A stretch of DNA of 47,419 nt from an uncultured Gemmatimonadota bacterium. Lineage in GTDB: Bacteria; Gemmatimonadota; Gemmatimonadetes; Gemmatimonadales; GWC2-71-9. The translations under genes were made by a program, and so were the position numbers. The stretch lies in the NCBI GenBank assembly GCA_902826755.1, contig CADEGB010000003.1, positions 1 to 47,419 of the forward strand. Reading direction: 5' to 3'. Of the stretch, positions 28,730-36,419 are shown piece after piece (the first letter of the stretch is position 1; every line of letters starts with the position of its first letter). A model generated the notes under the pieces. That model saw nothing but the letters and a program-made list of their open reading frames with translations. It did not search any database and was not told where the DNA came from.

Positions 28730-29527
28730 ATGACCGAGTTCCTTGCCGTCCTGGCCCTGGGGTTCCTCCTTGGGATGCGCCACGCCACCGACGCCGATCA
28801 CGTCGTGGCCGTCACCACCATCGTCACCCGACAGCGGAATCCGCTGGCGGCCGCGCTGGTGGGGATGGCATGGGGCGTCGGGCACACCCTGACCATCCTG
28901 GTGGTAGGCGGTGCCATCATCATGTTCCAGTGGGTCATTCCACCACGGGTCGGGCTCTCGATGGAGTTTGCCGTGGCGGCCATGCTGGTTCTGCTCGGAA
29001 TTCTCAATCTGGGCGGCGTATTCAAGCGGATTCGCGATACGGCCGCGGCGCGGGTCACCGGCACCGAATCCGTCCACGGCCATGGCGACTACGTCCACAC
29101 TCATCCGCACGGCCATGAGCATGAGGCCCATCCCCACCCGGCCGATCGGACCCCGGTCGGCTGGCTCGACCGACAGCTCGGCGCCATCCGGCTCTACCGC
29201 CTTGCCCGGCCTCTGCTCATCGGCGTGGTGCACGGGCTGGCGGGGTCGGCCGCGGTTGCCCTCCTGGTGCTGACCACCATTGGGGATCCCCGATGGTCGC
29301 TCGTCTACCTGGTGCTTTTCGGGGTGGGCACGATCGTCGGCATGATGCTGATCACGGCCGCGATCGCCGTGCCGGTGGCCTACTCAGCCTCCCGTTTCGA
29401 CCGCGTCAGCCATGGCCTGCGGTTGGCGTCGGGCGTGCTGAGCATCGGCTTCGGGTTGTTCCTTGCCTATCAGATCGGGGTCGTCAACGGGCTGTTCGGC
29501 TCCTCACCCCGCTGGGATCCCCACTGA
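28730..29527 (+). CDS. NicO/NiCoT-like nickel/cobalt transporter family membrane protein
   Basis: HX4DH signature in GMRHATDADHVVAV. His-rich loop HGHGDYVHTHPHGHEHEAHPHP. About 6 hydrophobic segments. Confidence 0.7.
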   Translation: MTEFLAVLALGFLLGMRHATDADHVVAVTTIVTRQRNPLAAALVGMAWGVGHTLTILVVGGAIIMFQWVIPPRVGLSMEFAVAAMLVLLGILNLGGVFKRIRDTAAARVTGTESVHGHGDYVHTHPHGHEHEAHPHPADRTPVGWLDRQLGAIRLYRLARPLLIGVVHGLAGSAAVALLVLTTIGDPRWSLVYLVLFGVGTIVGMMLITAAIAVPVAYSASRFDRVSHGLRLASGVLSIGFGLFLAYQIGVVNGLFGSSPRWDPH

Positions 29528-29558
29528 GCGCGTCCTGACCGGCGCCACGCCACGTCGC

Positions 29559-30434
29559 TCACGCCAATTCGACCTGAAGCCGCCGGAGCAGCCGCAGGGT
29601 GGCCGCAATGCCCTCCCGCTCCGATAACCGATTCCCCTCGTACTCGATCCCGATCCAGGAATGAAATCCCGCCTTGAGCACGATGCCGAGGAGTCGGCGG
29701 TAGTCCTTGGTGGTTTCCTCGCCTTGGCCGTCGAAGTCGTGTGACTTGGCGCTGACCGCCTTGGCGAACGGCATCATGTCCTCGACGCCACGGTACTTGT
29801 CGTACTCGTAGAAGTTCCCGAAGTCCGGCAGGGTCCCGCAACGGGGGTGATCCACTCGCTTCATCACCCCGACCAGCCAGTCGCCATGCGACGACAGTCC
29901 GCCGTGATTCTCGACGATGACGTTGAGGTCGAGCGGCGCGGCCAGGTCGGTCAGCCGGCGGAGCCCGTCCGCGGCGAGCCGCTGCTGCTCCTCCGGCGTT
30001 CCGGAGCTCTGGGCGTTGACCCGGATCGTGGCGCACCCGAGCACTTTGGCGGCCTCGAGCCACTTCCGGTGGTTCTCGACGGCCTCGGTCCGCTTCCCGG
30101 CGTCGGGGTCGCCAAGGGCGCCTTCACCGTCGCACATGATGAGGTGCTGGTAGACCCCTTCGCCCGCCGCCCGCCGGTTCATCTCACCCAGGTAGGCCTG
30201 ATCACGCGCCCGGTCCTTGAAGAACGAGTTGACGTACTCGATGGCCTCGATGCCGTAGTCCCGGCGGGCCACCTTGGCAAAGTCGAGGTGGTCGAGTCGT
30301 TTGGACTGCAGTTCGCGGTGCAACGACCATTGGGCCAGTGAGATCGTGAACGGCACGGCTGCGCTCGAACCGGCGCCCAGCCGCGCCATGCCCAGGGCCG
30401 CGACGCCGCTCGCGAGGAAGGTTCGGCGGCGCAT
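29559..30434 (-). CDS. Xylose-isomerase-like TIM-barrel (sugar phosphate isomerase/epimerase) protein, Tat-exported
   Basis: ATG at 30434 gives the twin-arginine signal MRRRTFLASGVAALGMARLGAGSSAA. The family call rests on overall resemblance (IEYVNSFF, IRVNAQSSG, ENHGG). Confidence 0.8.
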   Translation of the reverse strand: MRRRTFLASGVAALGMARLGAGSSAAVPFTISLAQWSLHRELQSKRLDHLDFAKVARRDYGIEAIEYVNSFFKDRARDQAYLGEMNRRAAGEGVYQHLIMCDGEGALGDPDAGKRTEAVENHRKWLEAAKVLGCATIRVNAQSSGTPEEQQRLAADGLRRLTDLAAPLDLNVIVENHGGLSSHGDWLVGVMKRVDHPRCGTLPDFGNFYEYDKYRGVEDMMPFAKAVSAKSHDFDGQGEETTKDYRRLLGIVLKAGFHSWIGIEYEGNRLSEREGIAATLRLLRRLQVELA

Positions 30435-30436
30435 CG

Positions 30437-31939
30437 TTACCGCCGCCGGCCGAGTCGACGGCCGGAAAACGTCATCGCGTCGACCGCGCCGCTCGGGCCG
30501 AGCGTAAACGTCACCGCTCCGGATCCGCGCCAGGCCTGGTCCCAACGCGCCCGGAAGGTGTCGAAGTGCCAGTGCTCCAGCCGCGCCCGGAGCTGGCTGC
30601 CCTGCTGGAGGGTGAGTTGGCCGTTGTCGAGCCGGATGTCGACGGTGCCCACCAGGGAATCGGCATACGTCCCGACGTACGCGTCGAGTGCCAGGGATGG
30701 CTTGGTGTTGGCCACGCGCTGGCGCTCGGCGCGGACCCGGGCGCTATCGCCCGCGGCGCCCATGCCATCGTACAGTTGCTTGAACTCGGCGCTCCAATCA
30801 CGGGTCCCGGAACCGAGCCAGGTGTCGAACGCCCGGTACATCAGGGCATGACGGGCCTCGACATGATCCAGATTGGCCAGCACGTAGACCCCGATCCGCT
30901 CCTCCGGGATCAGGCCGATGATCGCCACCATCCCGTCGATACTCCCGGTGTGGAACTGGACCATCCGACCCTGGTAGTCGTGCTGGAACCAGCCCATGCC
31001 GTAGGTGGTCCAGTGCGGCTTGGTGAGCCGGGCGGTCGGATAGAAACCGGCCTGATCCACCATGGTCTGGGGTTCGAACAACTCGGCCCAGGTTCCCGGT
31101 TTGAGGAGCCGCCGCTCGCCGACCTTGCCGCTGTCGATCATGAAGGCCGCCCATTTGGCCATCTCCGTCACGCTCGACCAGACCGACCCCGCCGCCGCGA
31201 CCGGATCGACCGCCGCGTTGCCGATGACCGTCACCTTGCCGTCGACCAGATCGTGCGGCGAGGCGACGTTCGGCACCCCCGCCGTCGCCGCCAGCGTCGC
31301 CACGGTGCGAGTCATCCCGAGCGGTTGGAAGATTCGGGTCGTCACGAACTGCGTCCACGGCATCCCGCTCGCCGCCTCGATCACCGCGCCAGCTGCCGCG
31401 TACATCACATTCTGATAAATGAAGCCCGATCGCATCGAGTAGCCGATCGGGATGAACCGCGCCCGCCGCAACACCTCGGCCGCGGTGAGGTCGGTTCGAT
31501 ACCACAGGACGTCGCCGTTGACGAGGCCGGCACGGTGGGTCAGGAGATCCCGGACCGTGACCTCCCGCGTGATGTAGGGATCGCTCAACTGAAACCCCGG
31601 CAGATGCTTCGTGACCGGGTCGTCCCACCGGACCTTGCCATCGTCGACCAGCATCCCGATGGCCGCCGCCGTCAACGCCTTGGTGGTGGAGCCGATCGCG
31701 AACAGGGTGTGCTCGTCGGCCTGGTCCGGCTTGCCGAGCTCGCGGACGCCATACCCCTTGGCGAAGATCGTCCGGCCGTCCTTGACGACCGAGACGGCCA
31801 GCCCGACGGCCCCCCAATCCTTGACCGCCTTGGCGGCGTAGGCGTCGAACGCCGCCACCCGCGGGTCCGGGGTTTGTCCGGCGAGCGAACCGCTGGCCAG
31901 CGTCGCGATGACGAGAACTGCTGTGATCCGGGAGATCAT
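30437..31939 (-). CDS. Serine hydrolase, beta-lactamase/PBP-like (class C fold), secreted
   Basis: ATG at 31939 gives the signal MISRITAVLVIATLASGSLAGQ. SxxK motif in AIGSTTKALTAAA and YxN motif in FIYQNVMY. Confidence 0.85.
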   Translation of the reverse strand: MISRITAVLVIATLASGSLAGQTPDPRVAAFDAYAAKAVKDWGAVGLAVSVVKDGRTIFAKGYGVRELGKPDQADEHTLFAIGSTTKALTAAAIGMLVDDGKVRWDDPVTKHLPGFQLSDPYITREVTVRDLLTHRAGLVNGDVLWYRTDLTAAEVLRRARFIPIGYSMRSGFIYQNVMYAAAGAVIEAASGMPWTQFVTTRIFQPLGMTRTVATLAATAGVPNVASPHDLVDGKVTVIGNAAVDPVAAAGSVWSSVTEMAKWAAFMIDSGKVGERRLLKPGTWAELFEPQTMVDQAGFYPTARLTKPHWTTYGMGWFQHDYQGRMVQFHTGSIDGMVAIIGLIPEERIGVYVLANLDHVEARHALMYRAFDTWLGSGTRDWSAEFKQLYDGMGAAGDSARVRAERQRVANTKPSLALDAYVGTYADSLVGTVDIRLDNGQLTLQQGSQLRARLEHWHFDTFRARWDQAWRGSGAVTFTLGPSGAVDAMTFSGRRLGRRR

Positions 31940-32092
31940 GAGGAGTGCCGTGGATTGGGTTGAGCCGGCCCGCCGAGTGGCCGGACCCGTACGGTACGCC
32001 GGGAAGGGAACCGGGACAAGCTCCCGCGGTCGTCCGGTTGCGACCACCGCTCAGCACACTAGCTTCCCCTGCGCCTTCTCCCCAATACCACC

Positions 32093-33355
32093 ATGGCCAA
32101 GAAACGACTCGGCGTCGGCTTCATCGGCAGCGGCTTCAACGCCCGCTTCCACATGCTCTCCTGGACCGGGGTTCGCGACGCCGACGTCCTGGGCGTCTGG
32201 AGCCCGAATCACGAAAACGCCGCCAGTGCCGCCCGGTATGCCCGGTCGCTCGACATTGGCCAGTGCCGGCCCTATCGCTCGATTGCCGAAATGGTGGCCG
32301 ATCCCCGGATCGACGCCATCTGGCTCTCGGGGCCCAACCACGCTCGGATCGAGAACGTCGAGGAACTGGTCGACCCGATCCTCCGTGGCAAGGCGGAACT
32401 GCTCGGCGTCGCCTGCGAAAAGCCGCTGGCCCGGAACGTGGCCGAGGCCAAGGCGGTCACCGCGCTCGTCAATCGGGCCGGAATCCGGCATGGCTATCTC
32501 GAGAACCAGTGCTTCTCCCCCCAAGTCGAACGGGGTCGTGAGTTGCTCTGGGCCCGGGGAGCCCGCCTGACCGGCCGGCCATACCTGGCCCGCGCCGCCG
32601 AGGAGCACAGCGGGCCTCACATGCCCTGGTTCTGGCGAGGCAAGCTCCAGGGTGGCGGCGTCCTCAACGACATGATGTGCCACTCCGCCCTGGTGGTCCG
32701 CCATCTCCTGACCCGTCCGGGTGAGGACGTGGCGACCGTCAAGCCGGTCCGAATCACCGGCCACGTGGCCAGCCTCAAATGGACCCGCCCGGAGTACGTC
32801 CGGCGCCTCAAGCGCACCATGGGGCGGGAGGTCGACTACGCCAAAGCGCCGTCCGAGGACTTCGCCAGCGTCATGATCGAGTTCGAGACCCAGGACGGCT
32901 ACCGGGTCTTCGGCGAAGCCACCACTTCCTGGAGCTTCGTCGGGGCCGGACTCCGCCTCTCGGCGGAGTTGCTCGGACCCGAGTATTCGATGGCGTGGAA
33001 TACGCTCGACAGCGGGCTCAAGCTCTTCTTCAGTCGTCAGGTCCAGGGCCGCGCCGGCGAGGACCTGGTCGAAAAGCAGAACGCCGAGATCGGCCTGATG
33101 CCGGTGGTGGCCCAGGAAGCGGTGGCCTACGGATACGAGGGCGAGAACCGGCACTTCGTGAGGGCGTTCCTCGGCAAGGAACCGCCCCGGCTCACTTTCG
33201 AGCACGGCATCGATGTCGTGCGGGTGCTGATGACCGCCTATCAGAGCGCGGAGCAGGGCAAGACGCTCGAGTTTCCGCCTCGCGGCCTCGACCGGTTCGT
33301 TCCGGACGTTGCCCGCCGGGGGAGCAAGCTGCCCCGAGCTCGAACCAGGAGGTAG
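32093..33355 (+). CDS. Gfo/Idh/MocA-family NAD(P)-dependent oxidoreductase
   Basis: Rossmann N-terminus LGVGFIGSGFNARFH and CEKPLARN. Confidence 0.85.
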   Translation: MAKKRLGVGFIGSGFNARFHMLSWTGVRDADVLGVWSPNHENAASAARYARSLDIGQCRPYRSIAEMVADPRIDAIWLSGPNHARIENVEELVDPILRGKAELLGVACEKPLARNVAEAKAVTALVNRAGIRHGYLENQCFSPQVERGRELLWARGARLTGRPYLARAAEEHSGPHMPWFWRGKLQGGGVLNDMMCHSALVVRHLLTRPGEDVATVKPVRITGHVASLKWTRPEYVRRLKRTMGREVDYAKAPSEDFASVMIEFETQDGYRVFGEATTSWSFVGAGLRLSAELLGPEYSMAWNTLDSGLKLFFSRQVQGRAGEDLVEKQNAEIGLMPVVAQEAVAYGYEGENRHFVRAFLGKEPPRLTFEHGIDVVRVLMTAYQSAEQGKTLEFPPRGLDRFVPDVARRGSKLPRARTRR

Positions 33356-33358
33356 CCG

Positions 33359-35062
33359 ATTCGCGTCCTCCTGGCGGCGGTGGCGGGGCTTGCGGTCGGC
33401 ACCTCGCTGGCGGCCCAGCCGCCGGCGCCGATCGCCCCACGCCCGAATCCTCGGGAATGGTCGTCCGGCGGGCCCCTGTTGCCGGAACAGGCGGCCTTCG
33501 ACGTTACCCACTACGACCTCGCCTTCCGGGTCGATCCGGCCGACTCCACCCTCCAGGGAGACGCCACCATCCACGCCCGGGTGGTGGCGCCCCTCTCGTG
33601 GATCGTGATCGACCTCGACTCCGCCTATACCGTCGATCGGATCACCGATCGCGACGACCAGCCGCTCTCGTTCGAACGTCGCCGCCTCCGGCTCTGGATC
33701 CGTCCCCATCGCCCCCTCGCCGCTGGTGAGACCTTCGCGGTTCGGATCCGGTACGGTGGACAGCCCCGGATTGCCCCGCGGCCCCCGTGGATCGGCGGGA
33801 TCCAGTGGGCCCGGACGCCGAGTGGCGACCCGTGGATTGCCACCACCGCCGTCAACGAGGGCGCCGACCTGTTTTGGCCGGTCAAGGACCACCCGTCGGA
33901 CAAAGCCGATTCGGTTCGAATCCGGATCACGGTGCCCCGGGGCCTGGTGGCGGCCTCCAACGGCCGGCCCCTCGGCGCCCAGGATCACGAGGATGGGACC
34001 ACGACCTGGCAGTGGCTCGTCTCGACCCCGATCAGCAACTACAACGTGGCCCTCAACATCGCGCCATACCGGGAGGTGACCCGGCAATACCGGAGCGTGG
34101 CGGGCGACACCATTCCGGTGACCTACTGGGTGCTGCCGGAGCATCTGGCCGAGGGGGAAAAGCTCGCGGACGAAATCCTCCTGCACCTCCGGTTCTACGA
34201 GGATCTCCTCGGCCCGTACCCGTTCCGGGCCGACAAATACGGGGTGGTGGAAACGCCCCACCTCGGGATGGAGCACCAGACCATCATTGCCTACGGCAAC
34301 CGCTACCAGCAGAACCGCTACGGGTTCGACGAGTTGCACCAACATGAGCTGGCCCACGAATGGTTCGGCAATCTGGTGACGGCTCGCGACTGGAGCGACT
34401 ACTGGCTGCACGAGGGTTTTGGCACCTACATGCAGCCCCTCTACGTCGAGCGGACCCGGGGCGCCGAGGCCTACCGGGAGCTGATCCTGACCCAGTGGAA
34501 GGCTGCCAGGAACCGGCGTCCCATCGCCGAACGAGGCCCGCTCTCGGCCGGCGAGGTCTATTTCAATCCGCCCGACTACCTGGCCGGCGACGGCGACATC
34601 TACGGCAAGGGGTCGGTTGTCCTCCACACCCTTCGGTTCCTAGTGGGCGACTCGGTCTTCTTCCCGATGCTCCGCCGGTGGCTCTATCCCACCCCCGCGG
34701 CGGAGCGGGTGGTCGACGGCACCCATGTGCGCCTGGTCTCGACCGCCGAATTCGTGGCCCACGCTTCGCGGATGGCGGGGCGGGACCTCGGCTGGTTCTT
34801 CGATGTCTACCTCCGGCAGCCGGAGCTTCCGCGGCTCGAGGTCACCCGCGCCGGTGGGCGGCTCGAGCTTCGGTGGCGGGTGCCCAAGGGGCTGCCGTTT
34901 CCCATGCCGGTTGAGGTCGAGATTGACGGGGTTACCCGGCGGGTCGCCTTGCCTGGCGGCCGAGCCGTGGTGCCGGTTCCCGCGACGAGCCGGGTGGCGA
35001 TCGACCCTGGGTTCTGGGTCTTTCGGAGTCTCGATTCGACCGAAGTTCGATCTCGCAAGTGA
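33359..35062 (+). CDS. M1-family zinc aminopeptidase, secreted (probable ATT start)
   Basis: HELAHEWFGN...WLHEGF (HEXXH-18-E). An in-frame TAG at 33353 blocks upstream extension. AGGAGG (33347-33352) lies 6 nt before ATT 33359, which gives the signal peptide MRVLLAAVAGLAVGTSLAAQ. The tracked GTG 33380 gives only a truncated signal. Confidence 0.8.
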   Translation: MRVLLAAVAGLAVGTSLAAQPPAPIAPRPNPREWSSGGPLLPEQAAFDVTHYDLAFRVDPADSTLQGDATIHARVVAPLSWIVIDLDSAYTVDRITDRDDQPLSFERRRLRLWIRPHRPLAAGETFAVRIRYGGQPRIAPRPPWIGGIQWARTPSGDPWIATTAVNEGADLFWPVKDHPSDKADSVRIRITVPRGLVAASNGRPLGAQDHEDGTTTWQWLVSTPISNYNVALNIAPYREVTRQYRSVAGDTIPVTYWVLPEHLAEGEKLADEILLHLRFYEDLLGPYPFRADKYGVVETPHLGMEHQTIIAYGNRYQQNRYGFDELHQHELAHEWFGNLVTARDWSDYWLHEGFGTYMQPLYVERTRGAEAYRELILTQWKAARNRRPIAERGPLSAGEVYFNPPDYLAGDGDIYGKGSVVLHTLRFLVGDSVFFPMLRRWLYPTPAAERVVDGTHVRLVSTAEFVAHASRMAGRDLGWFFDVYLRQPELPRLEVTRAGGRLELRWRVPKGLPFPMPVEVEIDGVTRRVALPGGRAVVPVPATSRVAIDPGFWVFRSLDSTEVRSRK

Positions 35063-35110
35063 TTTGTTCGTATAGTTTTATAAATTAAAGAAATACTCCC
35101 TCAATAACTG
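35063..35110 (+). promoter_or_regulatory. AT-rich (about 25% G+C) intergenic island, promoter/UP-element candidate for the MFS gene
   Basis: tttgttcgtatagttttataaattaaagaaatactccctcaataactg contains TATAGT and TATAAA. GGAG lies 6 nt before GTG 35119. Confidence 0.3.
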
Positions 35111-35118
35111 GAGCGCCC

Positions 35119-36387
35119 GTGACGAACCGCAAGGTCGGTCGCCTCTCGCTGATGATGTTCCTCCAGTATGCGGTCTGGGGGGCTTGGCTCCCGATCGCTG
35201 GGCGCTACCTCTCGGCCCCGACTGCGGAAGGGGGCCTCGGGTTCACCGCCGGTCAGATCGGCCTGATCCTCGGGCTGGCGGGGTCGATCGGAGCCATCGC
35301 GTCGCCGTTCATCGCCGGGCAGCTGGCCGACCGGTACTTCCGGACCGAACGATTCCTGGGCTTCCTGCTGGCCGTCGGCGGGGTCCTCAAGTGGGTGACC
35401 GCCGGCCAGACCGGCTACCAGGCCTGGCTCTGGCTCTCGATTGCCTACAGCGTCGTCTACATGCCGACCCTGGCACTCTCGAACTCCATGGCCTTCTCCC
35501 ACCTCGAAGACCGGGATCGTCAGTTCCCCCGGGTTCGGGTTTGGGGCACCATCGGCTGGATCGCGGTCAGCTGGGTCTTTCCGATGCTCTACCTCCAGCA
35601 CGACCTCGGCTTCCAGGCCATGCCCCCGTTTCTGGTCGGCCCGGAGCATCCCGACGTCACGGCCCGCCTGGCCGACGCGCTCCGGTTCTCGGCCCTGATT
35701 TCCTGGGGGTATGCCCTTTTCTGCCTCTTTCTGCCCAGCACCCCACCCCGGCGCGACGCGGCCGAGAAGCTCGCGTTCGCCAAAGCGTTCCGGATGCTCC
35801 GGGAGCCATCGTTTGCCGTTCTGGTGGCCGCCAGCCTCCCGATCAGCATCATCCACCAGATCTATTTCATCCAGACCCCGCCTTTCCTGTCCCACCTCGG
35901 CCTGCTCGACAGCCAGATCGGGCCCGCCATGACGATCGGCCAATTCAGCGAGATTGCCGTCATGGCGGTCCTCGGCTGGGCCCTGACCCGGCTCGGGTTC
36001 CGGACGGTCATCACCATCGGCGCCGTCGCCTATTTCGTCCGCTACCTGATCTGGAGCATTCCAGCTCTCCCGGTCGAGGTTCAGGTGGCCAGTCAGGCGC
36101 TCCACGGCGTCTGCTACGCGGGCTTCTTCGCGGCCGCCTACATCTACGCGGACCGGATCGCACCGGCCGACGTCCGTCACTCGGTTCAGACCGTGTTCGG
36201 CATCATCATCCTGGGGGGTGGTCCGGTGCTCGGCGGGATTCTGTCCGGCGTCCTGGCGGACCGCTACGCGCTCCCCGGCGGCGGCGTCGATTACGCCAGC
36301 CTGTGGCGGGTCGTTTCCCTGATCGGATTGGCGACCGCGGTGTTCTTCGTGGCCTTCTTCCGGCAGCGGACCGCCGGGGAATCCTGA
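35119..36387 (+). CDS. MFS transporter, nucleoside:H+ symporter (NupG/XapB/YegT)-like
   Basis: The N-terminus LMMFLQYAVWGAWLPIAGRYL resembles the NupG-family FLQF..WG.WL motif. About 12 hydrophobic segments. Confidence 0.8.
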   Translation: MTNRKVGRLSLMMFLQYAVWGAWLPIAGRYLSAPTAEGGLGFTAGQIGLILGLAGSIGAIASPFIAGQLADRYFRTERFLGFLLAVGGVLKWVTAGQTGYQAWLWLSIAYSVVYMPTLALSNSMAFSHLEDRDRQFPRVRVWGTIGWIAVSWVFPMLYLQHDLGFQAMPPFLVGPEHPDVTARLADALRFSALISWGYALFCLFLPSTPPRRDAAEKLAFAKAFRMLREPSFAVLVAASLPISIIHQIYFIQTPPFLSHLGLLDSQIGPAMTIGQFSEIAVMAVLGWALTRLGFRTVITIGAVAYFVRYLIWSIPALPVEVQVASQALHGVCYAGFFAAAYIYADRIAPADVRHSVQTVFGIIILGGGPVLGGILSGVLADRYALPGGGVDYASLWRVVSLIGLATAVFFVAFFRQRTAGES

Positions 36388-36419
36388 CCCTGCGGGTCTC
36401 CCGGTTTACCTTTCGCACA

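Noticed and set aside
35184-36419. The N-terminal 412 codons of the 1144-aa ORF 35184..38618.
   Set aside because: This part is an out-of-frame read-through of the MFS transporter gene. Receptor-like sequence with a proper signal peptide only begins at GTG 36420.
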